The position numbers and the translations under genes are program-made. Shown piece after piece: positions 37,138 to 46,823 of a stretch of DNA of 64,000 nucleotides. The DNA is from a virus. Below the pieces are notes generated by a model. It was not told the origin of the DNA, did no database searches, and worked only from the letters and a program-made list of their open reading frames with translations. The stretch is taken from IMG/VR virus record IMGVR_UViG_3300025151_004231, positions 1 through 64,000 of that record; one strand, 5' to 3'. Every line of letters begins with the position of its first letter. Within the stretch, counting starts at the first letter, position 1.

Positions 37138-37434
37138 TTAATATTTTCGACTTCTAGGACCACGTGATCCTAACTCAGTGGCTTGTCTTTTCTTTTCACG
37201 TTTGATAGCCATTGCCTTTTTGATTTTTCTTTTGTTTGTTGGCTTTTCATAAAACTCATTCTTTTTTATGTCATCTATTAAGCCAGAGTTTGAAACTTTC
37301 TTTTTGAATTTACGTAATGCTTGATCTACGTTGCCGTCTACAACAATAACTTTATTGCCTAGAGGTTGTTGAACGAATTTCTTCTTATCGTTAAATCTTT
37401 TTCCTTTATGTTTATTATTTCTATTATATGTCAT
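37138..37434 (-). CDS. rpsU: 30S ribosomal protein bS21 with N-terminal extension
   Basis: NVDQALRKFKKKV..SG......EFYEKPT.KR. Confidence 0.9.
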   Translation of the reverse strand: MTYNRNNKHKGKRFNDKKKFVQQPLGNKVIVVDGNVDQALRKFKKKVSNSGLIDDIKKNEFYEKPTNKRKIKKAMAIKREKKRQATELGSRGPRSRKY

Positions 37435-38636
37435 TTAATTGGTTGTGGGTTGATTATTAATTCCTTGTCTATATTTAGTTCAGTTATACCTTTCTTTTTA
37501 TATTTTCCTGAATTGAACATATGAGGTCTTAAAACTCTTTCTACTTCTGTTTGTAAGCCACGTGCACCTGTTTTTTGTTGCATACAATTAATTACTATTT
37601 CTTCAATCGCATCGTCAGTAAAAGACAGATCAATCTCATCAATTGAAAAAAGATAGGTATATTGATCAATAAAGTTATTCTTAACTGTAGTCAATACTTT
37701 GATTAGTTCTTGTTTAGATAATTCTTCTACATTAATTGTTGTAGGGAATCTTCCAATAAATTCAGGAATCATTCCAAACTTCATTAAGTCATCTGCTTTT
37801 ACATCTTTAAAATGTCCAGACTTCACTTCGTCTTTTAATTCACTACCGAAACCTATATTTGTACCAGTCGTTCTAGCCTTCACAACGTCTAGTAGACCAT
37901 CGAAGGCGCCACCTGCGATAAAAAGTATGTCTTTAGTATTAACTTCAATGAGGGGCTCCTGTGGGTGCTTACGTTTGCCGTGTTGAGCAACACGACATGT
38001 TGTACCCTCTACTATCTTTAAAAGTGCTTGTTGAACGCCCTCTCCGCTTACGTCACGTGTGATAGAAACGTTCTCACTCTTACGTGCTATTTTATCTATC
38101 TCGTCAATAAAGATAATACCACGTTCTGCTTTTTCTACGTCACCGTCGGCTCTGGCTAACAACACACTTATCATGCTGTCTACGTCTTCACCTACATACC
38201 CTGCTTCTGTCAAGTTAGTTGCATCAGCAACAATAAATGGAACGTTAAGATATTTTGCTACTGTTTGAGCAAGTAAAGTTTTACCGCACCCTGTTGGTCC
38301 TAATAATAAAACATTACCTTTAGCAATTTCTAAACCTTTTGGTGGAGGATTGAATACACGTTTGTAATGATTTGTGATTGCTACTGCTAATACTTCTTTG
38401 GCAGATTGTTGACCGACTACCCACTTATTCAAATGTCTTAAAATAGCATATGGTTCAACTTTTTCAATAACATCTGACTGTTCATTTTTGTTCTCGACCT
38501 TTTCTTCTTCTATTAAAGTTTGGCACAGTACAACACAATCCGAACATATGGCAACACTTTCTCCTACAATTAATTTTTGGACACTGTCCTTGTGAGTGCC
38601 ACAAAAAGAACAATGAAACTCTGCTTTATCAGTCAT
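37431..38636 (-). CDS. clpX: ATP-dependent Clp protease ATP-binding subunit ClpX
   Basis: CSFC/CSDC zinc domain, GPTGCGKT, GYVG, DEIDK, RKH, IGF loop, GARGL. Confidence 0.97.
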   Translation of the reverse strand: MTDKAEFHCSFCGTHKDSVQKLIVGESVAICSDCVVLCQTLIEEEKVENKNEQSDVIEKVEPYAILRHLNKWVVGQQSAKEVLAVAITNHYKRVFNPPPKGLEIAKGNVLLLGPTGCGKTLLAQTVAKYLNVPFIVADATNLTEAGYVGEDVDSMISVLLARADGDVEKAERGIIFIDEIDKIARKSENVSITRDVSGEGVQQALLKIVEGTTCRVAQHGKRKHPQEPLIEVNTKDILFIAGGAFDGLLDVVKARTTGTNIGFGSELKDEVKSGHFKDVKADDLMKFGMIPEFIGRFPTTINVEELSKQELIKVLTTVKNNFIDQYTYLFSIDEIDLSFTDDAIEEIVINCMQQKTGARGLQTEVERVLRPHMFNSGKYKKKGITELNIDKELIINPQPIK

Positions 38637-38645
38637 ATATTCTAC

Positions 38646-39611
38646 TTATCTTATTGAATTTTCTGGACAATTCTTTGCTGAGGACACTGCCAAAGTAAGT
38701 TCAGTTGTTCCCTGAAAATTATGTAAATCTTGTTCATTTATAGGGTGCATTATAAAACTGCTAGTTTCTTTATCAGTGTGAAATGTCAAACCCCCGCCTG
38801 TGTACGTATATAATGCTCTTCCACTATCCCAAGATTTACCAGGGGTATACCTTATACTTTGTACACATGTATTTATAGAAGGGTCTCCAAGTAATGAATT
38901 AATACTTAATGACACATAATCGTTTCGTCCAAACACTTTGCGTAGTTTTCTGTACAACATTTGGTCAGTAATGTAGACACGTTCATCACCAAATGTGATA
39001 TATGTACGACCTCCCCTGTCACCCTCAAATAAAGTTAAAAGTTCTTGTAGTGCTACCAAATATTTTTGGTTCCATGATACCGTAAAAGGAACATGTAAAT
39101 AATGTTTGTTAGGATTATGATAATCAGCAACCACATTGAAATCGTGAGGTGTTATATTGATAGCCTCACTAGGAAAATACTTTAGAGTATTGTCAAGTAA
39201 CTTTTGTCCATCTACATAACCTTCTTTGTATAATCGTATTTGGGCTTTGATGTTATCAACATTAAAACTTAATGGATTGTGATTGCTACTCAATAGAAAG
39301 TTCTTTAACTTAGAACTGGCTACAGAAACATTCACTACAACTTTATGTAAGTTTAAGTCTCTAATGTAGATATGATGTTGAATTTGATATGTATTAATGT
39401 ATCCTGCACTATATGATAAGATTTGATTATGCACTATCTCACCATTCTGCAAGTGACGTTCAGTATCTAATATGACACCTACTTCGTTGTCAATTGCTAC
39501 TTTAAATGCATTATTAAGTGCTATCTCTAATGTGGGACCTTCTCCCTCGACTTGCATTGCATATGCCGCGGGAGAAGTAAGTATGAATAAGACCGCGAGA
39601 ACTAGTCTCAT
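38646..39611 (-). CDS. exported protein with LPP20/FlgT-like N-domain
   Basis: signal peptide; G.G.T...AL.NA...AI...G pattern. Confidence 0.5.
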   Translation of the reverse strand: MRLVLAVLFILTSPAAYAMQVEGEGPTLEIALNNAFKVAIDNEVGVILDTERHLQNGEIVHNQILSYSAGYINTYQIQHHIYIRDLNLHKVVVNVSVASSKLKNFLLSSNHNPLSFNVDNIKAQIRLYKEGYVDGQKLLDNTLKYFPSEAINITPHDFNVVADYHNPNKHYLHVPFTVSWNQKYLVALQELLTLFEGDRGGRTYITFGDERVYITDQMLYRKLRKVFGRNDYVSLSINSLLGDPSINTCVQSIRYTPGKSWDSGRALYTYTGGGLTFHTDKETSSFIMHPINEQDLHNFQGTTELTLAVSSAKNCPENSIR

Positions 39612-39621
39612 ATAATAACTC

Positions 39622-40350
39622 CTAGTTGAAATAAGGTGCTATATCGTTTTGAATTGTTTCTGCTCGTTCTCTATGCCATGTTGCAGTGATTTGAATCAAT
39701 TGATCATCTTTCTGATCAACTTCAAAAACTGTTCCTCGCATGATTGCTTGTGCGTTCCCTCTGACTACTGTGTTGAGTTCCCTCACAGTGTCGTTAATAT
39801 TAGAACGAACAGCAAAGTTCATGTTTGGAGAATTAGGATCTCTTGGTGCCATCGGCTCACTGCTCGTAATGCCAACAACTGCTGGTAGTCTTGGAGCATT
39901 TACATTGTTTTGCCCTGTACCTTTGATTGGATTACGATAAGTGTCATCTGCTTTTTCAACATTTTGAGCCATAAGAGTTACTACTCTTTCAGTAGTAATA
40001 TCTTCGTTGATGAATCTAGCAATCATTGCCATTGATTCAAGTTGACCTATCTGATTTGCAGACTGACCATTAAAATTAGTGCCACCGTTTGATGGAATAG
40101 TAATGGTTGCTTCAATCGATTTGATCTCGGATTCTTTACATGTAAGATTAAGAGTCCAACCGTTTCTGTCAATACATTCCCAGTTGACTCTGATACCATC
40201 GTCTTCAAAGAATGTGCTGAGTTTTTGCTGAGTGACTGCTGTAGTCTTAGGGACTTCAACGTTGTCTGCTTTTTTGCCACCGAACATTGAACAACCCGTT
40301 GTGGTTACAATCAATGCTGATAACAATACTACATTTGAAATGTTTTTCAT
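39622..40350 (-). CDS. lipoprotein
   Basis: lipobox TTGC after a hydrophobic stretch. Confidence 0.65.
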   Translation of the reverse strand: MKNISNVVLLSALIVTTTGCSMFGGKKADNVEVPKTTAVTQQKLSTFFEDDGIRVNWECIDRNGWTLNLTCKESEIKSIEATITIPSNGGTNFNGQSANQIGQLESMAMIARFINEDITTERVVTLMAQNVEKADDTYRNPIKGTGQNNVNAPRLPAVVGITSSEPMAPRDPNSPNMNFAVRSNINDTVRELNTVVRGNAQAIMRGTVFEVDQKDDQLIQITATWHRERAETIQNDIAPYFN

Positions 40351-40441
40351 ACTTACCCTCCTAACTTGGGCGTTATTAATTTAACTTACTTTCTATTATA
40401 TGAAATTGAAAAGGATTATGCAATACTTTTGGGTAATTGAT

Positions 40442-42478
40442 TTACCCAGAATTTTTTGTAAGATAAATCTCTACTTGGACACGTTCTGCTTCTGATAATA
40501 AATCAATGTCATACTCGCCTGTTTTAATTTGAGCAATTATGTATTTGATATATTCTTCATCAAACGTATATGAATCTGTCGAATCTTTATCGATCTCCAT
40601 CCAATCCTTGCCTTCAAACTTAAAGACACGATTTGGCATCTGATCAACTCTTACAAAGATATCGCCTTTGACTGCGATAATTGGGAATGTGGTTCCGAAA
40701 CTAGTTCCTGCTTGTCTTGCGCCACTGTCTTCTTGTAATTGCAATTCAGGGTGCATTTCTTTAATAGCATTCTCATGTATTTGTTTGCCTTCAGGGTCAA
40801 TATAATACTCACTGTCTCTTACTTTTTCATATGTGACACCTTGTGAAACTCTAGGACCACCGTCTTCAGTTGGTGTTTCTACTACCTTGTTGCCTTCATA
40901 CTCTTTAAATGCTTGTTTTGTTTCGTCTATCTTTGCTTGTAACTCTGGGTCTTCTGTTATCACTTCAGGTTCTTCTAAGACAGGCTCGGGTACAGGCTCA
41001 CTCACCTGATCGTTTTCAACCGAGACTTCTTCTTCTAACTTTTTGTGAAATCGACTGAGTTCCCAGTTATCAAAAGCCTCTTTTGCTTCTTCAACACTGG
41101 GTTCTAGTTTTGTGAAATCTAAATCAAACCCTGACATGACATTTGCGGCATCTTCTACAGCACTAGGCGGACTGCTTGCCTTAGAATGCATATCTTCTTG
41201 CATTTTGTCATAGTCTTCTAGGGCATCTTTTGGAAAATCATTTTTGCTTTTTAACATATGCTGACGCCCATGTTCCGAACCAAAAGGTTCCATATCAAAC
41301 CCGCTTCCTAAGGGTTCAGGATCTGGATCATCGGAGGGTTCAGGCTTTTCCAGGCTTTCTTTTTCCTTCCTGCGTTGTTCAAATGTGTATTGTGATGCAA
41401 TCAACAATAGAACTGCTAAAGGATCAAATACAAAAATGATAACCATAATCAACCACGATACTGCGGTTTCTAATAGATTATTATCTGCTTCTTCTGTGCC
41501 AGTAAAAAACTCTGCGATATATCGAATAGGTCCTACTTCACTTTCTACTAATCTAACTGCTTGTTCAGACTCAAACTTTTCGTCTTTTAGTTGGTCGATT
41601 ACATCGTAGATATTATCTATATCTGCATTCCATTCATCAATCTGATTCAAATCATCGTCCTGTGATGATGTAGATTGATCTCTTAAACGATTAATTTCTG
41701 CGTTAGCATCGTTTATTGTCGTCTGTGCTTGTGCCCTGTATCTGTCGATGTTTGCTTGTTGTGTTGCAATATCATCTGCAATTGACTCACGTTGTGGTGT
41801 TTGCTGTACATAGAGGGCTTCTGCTTGAGCCACATAGTCGATTGTTTCAGTCTCTGCTCGTCTAAACGTTCCACCTTCGTCTGTAGTAATTACTTCTACA
41901 CCTCTGTTTCTGAGGTCATTTACTGCTTCATCTAATACTGCTAATTGATCTCTAAGTCTGTCTATCTGACCCTGTGCATAATCAATGTCACCTTGTACTC
42001 GTTCCCATGCACCGTCTCTGATTGTTTCTTGTTGGGCAACAGATGCAGACACATCAAACCCTTCTCCAGATTGCAGACTTGCAATACGTTCTTCTAATAT
42101 TGTAATTCTGTTTTCTTCTCTTGCAATCTGTCCGTCAATACGTTCTACAGTTGCAATGGCTTCTGTTGCGTTTCCAGATGCAGTATCATGTGCTTTAGAC
42201 AAGAATCCAAAAATACCGATTGATGTAATCAACATCAAAACCAGTACGGCAATACTGAGGTAAGTCTTTAACCACCACGTGGCTAGGCCCCAATATCTAT
42301 GTAACCAAACTGCTGTAACGAGTTTGCTTACTTCTAATACCCCTCCCATAATTATAATAGGGATAACTGCCGCAGAGAAAATAGCGGCAAGACCTGACAC
42401 TGAATAATAAATTGCAACACCACTGATAGTAAGTGCTGTAAATAAAGTCAGCCAGGCTATAAAGATGCTTGTCTTCAT
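40442..42478 (-). CDS. membrane-anchored long coiled-coil protein
   Basis: three N-terminal TMs, coiled coil, EVGPIRYIA and VFDPLAVLLL, acidic tail. Confidence 0.7.
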   Translation of the reverse strand: MKTSIFIAWLTLFTALTISGVAIYYSVSGLAAIFSAAVIPIIIMGGVLEVSKLVTAVWLHRYWGLATWWLKTYLSIAVLVLMLITSIGIFGFLSKAHDTASGNATEAIATVERIDGQIAREENRITILEERIASLQSGEGFDVSASVAQQETIRDGAWERVQGDIDYAQGQIDRLRDQLAVLDEAVNDLRNRGVEVITTDEGGTFRRAETETIDYVAQAEALYVQQTPQRESIADDIATQQANIDRYRAQAQTTINDANAEINRLRDQSTSSQDDDLNQIDEWNADIDNIYDVIDQLKDEKFESEQAVRLVESEVGPIRYIAEFFTGTEEADNNLLETAVSWLIMVIIFVFDPLAVLLLIASQYTFEQRRKEKESLEKPEPSDDPDPEPLGSGFDMEPFGSEHGRQHMLKSKNDFPKDALEDYDKMQEDMHSKASSPPSAVEDAANVMSGFDLDFTKLEPSVEEAKEAFDNWELSRFHKKLEEEVSVENDQVSEPVPEPVLEEPEVITEDPELQAKIDETKQAFKEYEGNKVVETPTEDGGPRVSQGVTYEKVRDSEYYIDPEGKQIHENAIKEMHPELQLQEDSGARQAGTSFGTTFPIIAVKGDIFVRVDQMPNRVFKFEGKDWMEIDKDSTDSYTFDEEYIKYIIAQIKTGEYDIDLLSEAERVQVEIYLTKNSG

Positions 42479-42535
42479 ATAATAGGTGTCCTTTGCGTTA
42501 TCGTACATAGTATTTAGTACGATTTTGCACGTTTT

Positions 42536-42835
42536 TTAATTAGTATTTTCTCTTCCAAGTTCTTTTGCAAATAAATGACCATATGTGTCAATAAATTCTT
42601 GGTAAAACATAGTCAACTGTCTAGGAATGCCTGGACCTTGTTGTATGTGATATTTGATACAAGGTGCGATGCCATCTTCTCCTTTACCTTCGATACCCTT
42701 ATCTCTAAGTTTAACTTCAACGATTTGTAAATAGTCACCGTCTGGAAAGGTATATTTTGCGCCAACTAGTTTATGTAGTTTTAACTTTATAATATCTTCG
42801 GGCCAATCTTGAGGCGTTTGATTAATGTCAGACAT
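42536..42835 (-). CDS. hypothetical protein
   Basis: ORF in operon. Confidence 0.6.
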   Translation of the reverse strand: MSDINQTPQDWPEDIIKLKLHKLVGAKYTFPDGDYLQIVEVKLRDKGIEGKGEDGIAPCIKYHIQQGPGIPRQLTMFYQEFIDTYGHLFAKELGRENTN

Positions 42836-43142
42836 CCTTTTCAATTACCTCCATGTCGTAAGTGACATCGAATCCGCCCTTTCTCATAGTCCACCAATCG
42901 TCTTCATCTAGGTAGTCCCAATCGATTCCGTAAAACTTGTCATAACCATTTTCCTCGTAACCCATTTCTTCTAGGTCATCAACAAGTAAATCTCCTGATA
43001 TAAGATCATCAAAAATTTGTTGAACTTCTTTATCAGACTTATCTGGAAAAATATCTTTAAGATATGCTATATCAATTTCTAATTGATATTTTCGTTGGAC
43101 TTGATGCCACTCAGACATCGTTGCTACAATTACTTTTGACAT
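42828..43142 (-). CDS. hypothetical acidic protein
   Basis: ORF in operon. Confidence 0.6.
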   Translation of the reverse strand: MSKVIVATMSEWHQVQRKYQLEIDIAYLKDIFPDKSDKEVQQIFDDLISGDLLVDDLEEMGYEENGYDKFYGIDWDYLDEDDWWTMRKGGFDVTYDMEVIEKDV

Positions 43143-43343
43143 TTAATAACCTGATGTCCAGTGAGCATATTCTTGGTCACAATTGTACTCACCACAGCAA
43201 CATTGACCGTTATCACTATCGATGTAATCATCATCACCTGGTTGTGCTGGAAGCATATCTGCTAATGTATGCAAGTTGCCTTCAGTGTCTGTAAACTCAT
43301 ACTTAGTATGAGATTGCGGCGCTTTTATTTTTTCTATTGCCAT
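43143..43343 (-). CDS. small hypothetical protein
   Basis: AGGAGA SD; CCCG...C...H. Confidence 0.6.
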   Translation of the reverse strand: MAIEKIKAPQSHTKYEFTDTEGNLHTLADMLPAQPGDDDYIDSDNGQCCCGEYNCDQEYAHWTSGY

Positions 43344-43352
43344 ATCTTTCTC

Positions 43353-44789
43353 CTATTTGTCGTCCCTAAATCTGACAAATCTAGGGAATCTTAAACTGTA
43401 TGAACCGTCCTGATTTTGAGATACTGCATCACATAATATTTCAGCAGTCTCACCTATAACGTCATCCGATGCTGACCAGAACTCGTCTCGTTGTTCGTCT
43501 GAAAATCCAGACCCAACATTTACTTTGATAAGTTTGCCATCGTCTGTACCCTGACAAACTAATGCACCCAGTCTACCTTCATTACGACCAGTACCCTGTT
43601 CTAATTCGATGACTTCTAAGTCTACAGTAATAGTAGGCTTCCATTTCATCCAGAAGAGGTTACGTTTACATTCGTAAGGAGCCTCTAATTCTTTGATCAT
43701 AATGCCCTCAAATCCTGCATTGACCATATCGTTAGAGTATGTCTTAAGTTCTTGCTTACCTTCATCGGTGTCTAAGTCAACAATGATGTGCGACATAGTT
43801 TCTAGTGAACTAAGATCAGCAAACAAGGGTGCTAAGTTATTCATTGCAGTAACACGTTTTCTAAATTGTGCGTTGCAATGTCCACGTTGAAAGTCTGCTA
43901 GTGGCATGACATCAAATACATGAAATACTGTATCATCAGCCTTAGCATCAGTTTTTCTACGTGCTTGTGTCATCAATTCATTGAATGATGCACCAACTAC
44001 TTCACCATCGAACACAAATCCATTTCTGCAATTCCCGATATCCTTGCCTAACAAGGTAATTATTTTTCTTACATTACTAATTACTTGTGCTTCAATGTGA
44101 GTGAAGTTCTCAAATACTTTTCCGTTACGACTGTAACATGTTGCAATCGGCTCAGGATGATCATACATGCCTGGCTCAAATGATACTACCATCAGAACTC
44201 TGACACCATCTAATTTTGGTTCCAGTCTTTTAGTGCCTGACATTTCAGGGCGACCTTCTGAGTTAGTAGCAAGTTGACATTTGAAAACTGGTACTTCGTA
44301 GTCAGTTTTTTTGCAAACTTTGTTAATTGTAGCAACAGAAAATCCTGCACGTAAATCTCTGCGAATGACTGGAGCACAAAAGTTATTCCATTCATCATCA
44401 GTAAATCGTACAGCCATTTCTTCTACTGCTTCGACAGCGGCATTACCAGTTAACTTGCGTTCTTTAAGTTCTTCTAGTAATGCAATAAAGTCTTCCCAAG
44501 GATTCTCCTCAGCAAAACAATTATCTTCTGCTTCAGTAGGACGTTGAATTGAGACTTGTCGTTGACCTGTCTCAGGATCTTCGATTACTTCAGTAGTAGT
44601 TGAAGTCTTAGAAGGAACCTTACGCACACCAAATGTAACGTAAGGATTGTAGCACATGCCTGCAAGTTTTAGAAACGTATCTGCATTGTCACTACCTAAT
44701 ACGGCGGCCTCTAATGCTTGTTTCAAAACATCCTGTTTATGAAGTTTTGAATTAGATTCGTTAAGTTTATGTATCCAACTTGCACTCAT
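43353..44789 (-). CDS. lig: ATP-dependent DNA ligase
   Basis: EPKLDGVR, FDGE, FDV, EGIMIK, KWKP, SLRFPRF. Confidence 0.95.
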   Translation of the reverse strand: MSASWIHKLNESNSKLHKQDVLKQALEAAVLGSDNADTFLKLAGMCYNPYVTFGVRKVPSKTSTTTEVIEDPETGQRQVSIQRPTEAEDNCFAEENPWEDFIALLEELKERKLTGNAAVEAVEEMAVRFTDDEWNNFCAPVIRRDLRAGFSVATINKVCKKTDYEVPVFKCQLATNSEGRPEMSGTKRLEPKLDGVRVLMVVSFEPGMYDHPEPIATCYSRNGKVFENFTHIEAQVISNVRKIITLLGKDIGNCRNGFVFDGEVVGASFNELMTQARRKTDAKADDTVFHVFDVMPLADFQRGHCNAQFRKRVTAMNNLAPLFADLSSLETMSHIIVDLDTDEGKQELKTYSNDMVNAGFEGIMIKELEAPYECKRNLFWMKWKPTITVDLEVIELEQGTGRNEGRLGALVCQGTDDGKLIKVNVGSGFSDEQRDEFWSASDDVIGETAEILCDAVSQNQDGSYSLRFPRFVRFRDDK

Positions 44790-44821
44790 ATGCTTCTCCT
44801 AATTATTGATAATATGCTACT

Positions 44822-44850
44822 ATTATACATCCAAACTGTTTGAATGTCAA
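44822..44850 (-). promoter_or_regulatory. sigma70 promoter
   Basis: TTGACA-17-TATAAT. Confidence 0.8.
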
Positions 44851-45005
44851 CCCCTAGGTTGATTAAAAGCGGCAACTGCTTGGTCCCACCATATGGATAG
44901 TTGAGTGACTCCTGCGGTCACAACGTCTCCAACGGCACCTGCTCCGCCGTACATAAATGTACAAAGTAGATATCCTACGACAAAGCCTATTGCTAGATTT
45001 TTCAT
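44847..45005 (-). CDS. small membrane protein (52 aa)
   Basis: GGAGG SD; MKNLAIGFVVGYLL..., read manually. Confidence 0.55.
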   Translation of the reverse strand: MKNLAIGFVVGYLLCTFMYGGAGAVGDVVTAGVTQLSIWWDQAVAAFNQPRG

Positions 45006-45679
45006 TTTTCCTCCATTACTTTAACACGATTCAACTGGGTGGTCACTAGTCCATCATCGTCAGTGCGATGACCTTTGACTGTGCCCTTAATTCTAAGTTC
45101 AGTGTCTACTGCTGGATGCAAAGTAGAAGAGGCAAAAAATACTACGTCACCAGTGCTAGTCTTAGCAGTGATAAAGTAGCAATTATACCTGTGTGACAGA
45201 ATGGTTCTAAGGATAGTAACATCCAACTCTATTCTGTCTTTGATTTTACCGATAGCAGTAGAAGTCTTAGACTCCTCAGCAATTCGGTCCTCTTGACCTT
45301 TTTTAACAATAGCACGGTCATATGCTTTTGGAAGACTTGCGATCATACCGAAATCACTTGAATTGGTGATCGTGTCTTTATCTGCTAATGCCATAGCAGA
45401 CTTATCAAAATCTGACATCCAACCACCTTGCAACATTTTAAATGTCAAGGCTTTGTAATGTTGACGAACTTGAACACCAAGATTCTTGGTAGTAGCATCA
45501 ACACCCTTAAGGTTGTTCTCCAAAAGGTCGAACATGATATCACGGTTGGATTTTACTTTGTCAGAGCCCTCATGTGCCTTCACATAAGTCTTGCCGTTAA
45601 GCAAGTATGCTTTCGCAGAAGCGGCCCAAACATCGTTGGCTGAATATTCGATTCTGTTTTTACGCATAGTCTTATACAT
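45002..45679 (-). CDS. hypothetical protein with C-terminal OB-fold
   Basis: IKGTVK.H...TQLNRVK. Confidence 0.6.
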   Translation of the reverse strand: MYKTMRKNRIEYSANDVWAASAKAYLLNGKTYVKAHEGSDKVKSNRDIMFDLLENNLKGVDATTKNLGVQVRQHYKALTFKMLQGGWMSDFDKSAMALADKDTITNSSDFGMIASLPKAYDRAIVKKGQEDRIAEESKTSTAIGKIKDRIELDVTILRTILSHRYNCYFITAKTSTGDVVFFASSTLHPAVDTELRIKGTVKGHRTDDDGLVTTQLNRVKVMEEK

Positions 45680-45682
45680 TCC

Positions 45683-46096
45683 TTACATACTCCAGTATGT
45701 TTCAGTTAAAGGGTCAGTGCAACCACCTACTTGACTTTGAGGTAGAGTGATTGTTATTTTCTTACCAGTGCCAGGAGCAACTCCTGTTCTAGTGATCATT
45801 GGCTCAACATAATCTTCGACTGCGACAATTGAATAAGACGATGCAAACTGTTTGTGAACACGACCCAATTGTTGCTCAGTAGCATCACGGTATGCGTTGT
45901 ACATCGGAGCATAATACTCAGGGTCACCATTAGCAACACATTCAGCAACTTGCTGATATGCTTTTTCGTAATACTTTACAGTACGAGTGATACCTGCTTT
46001 AGCGGCACCTTGAGTCTTGTATTCCTTACTTGAATAAGAACGTCTAGTTGGCTCTTTGTGAATTGAATTGTCAGAATTGTCGATGATTAAATACAT
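45683..46096 (-). CDS. hypothetical early phage protein
   Basis: AAGGAGAAGG SD; YKT..AAKAGITR...DPLTETYWSM. Confidence 0.7.
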   Translation of the reverse strand: MYLIIDNSDNSIHKEPTRRSYSSKEYKTQGAAKAGITRTVKYYEKAYQQVAECVANGDPEYYAPMYNAYRDATEQQLGRVHKQFASSYSIVAVEDYVEPMITRTGVAPGTGKKITITLPQSQVGGCTDPLTETYWSM

Positions 46097-46128
46097 ACCT
46101 TCTCCTTGATTTTTCATAATATACATAT

Positions 46129-46157
46129 ATTATACGCAAAATATTACCCAAAGTCAA
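46129..46157 (-). promoter_or_regulatory. sigma70 promoter with TTGGGTAA in the spacer
   Basis: AAAAGGCTTGACT-TTGGGTAATATTTTGCG-TATAAT. Confidence 0.8.
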
Positions 46158-46206
46158 GCCTTTTATCCAATTATTTTCACTTTTTTCTTGTAATATAATC
46201 AATAAC

Positions 46207-46491
46207 TTACTCAGTTTCATCGTCTCTAACGATACGTAAGAACGGTTTTTGACGGATAACTGGTCCTTGAACTGGCTTAGGTTCCGCATATTCAGCACCC
46301 TCAACTTTGGGTTCAATTGTCTTGCTCAAATGCTGAGTCATTTGTGCTAACATAAGAACGATATCGTCCTTGTCCTCTTGCTCATCTAGTGTGTTTAACC
46401 AGTTTTCTAGTTCTTTAACTCCACCGTTAAAGAGTAACTGTGCTACCCATTTTATATTAGTAGCATATCTACCTTCATTCCAAATACTCAT
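46207..46491 (-). CDS. hypothetical protein with SspB-like C-terminal tail (KPFLRIVRD)
   Basis: ORF; tail resembles the ClpX-binding RPALRVVK tail of SspB. Confidence 0.55.
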   Translation of the reverse strand: MSIWNEGRYATNIKWVAQLLFNGGVKELENWLNTLDEQEDKDDIVLMLAQMTQHLSKTIEPKVEGAEYAEPKPVQGPVIRQKPFLRIVRDDETE

Positions 46492-46823
46492 TAGTGATTT
46501 CTTCCTCCGTCAAATACACAAACAAAATACAAACCGAAGACTCCTGTGTTGAAGACTCTGTGAAACTCTCCATCATTGATGCAAACTACATCTCCTTCTT
46601 TAACGGGAAATCGTTCGCCGTCTATTTCCATTTCACCTTTACCTTTGTGAAAGAAATAAACTTCTTCTTGACCTGCATGTGTATGGCCATTTGTACTTTG
46701 ATTTGCTCTCAGCATTGTACTACTAAGTATTAAGTTATCACCAAATGCATTATCTTTTAATACATATTGGGCATTATCTTTAATTACCTTTCCACCAATG
46801 TCTTCCATTTTTACTTTTTTCAT
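46491..46823 (-). CDS. cupin-domain protein
   Basis: GHTH...EEVY...G.G...GD.V.I..G.FH. Confidence 0.8.
   Translation of the reverse strand: MKKVKMEDIGGKVIKDNAQYVLKDNAFGDNLILSSTMLRANQSTNGHTHAGQEEVYFFHKGKGEMEIDGERFPVKEGDVVCINDGEFHRVFNTGVFGLYFVCVFDGGRNH

Noticed and set aside
44500-44620. Intein in the DNA ligase
   Set aside because: The insertion is only about 30 aa and lacks intein terminal motifs; probably a loop.
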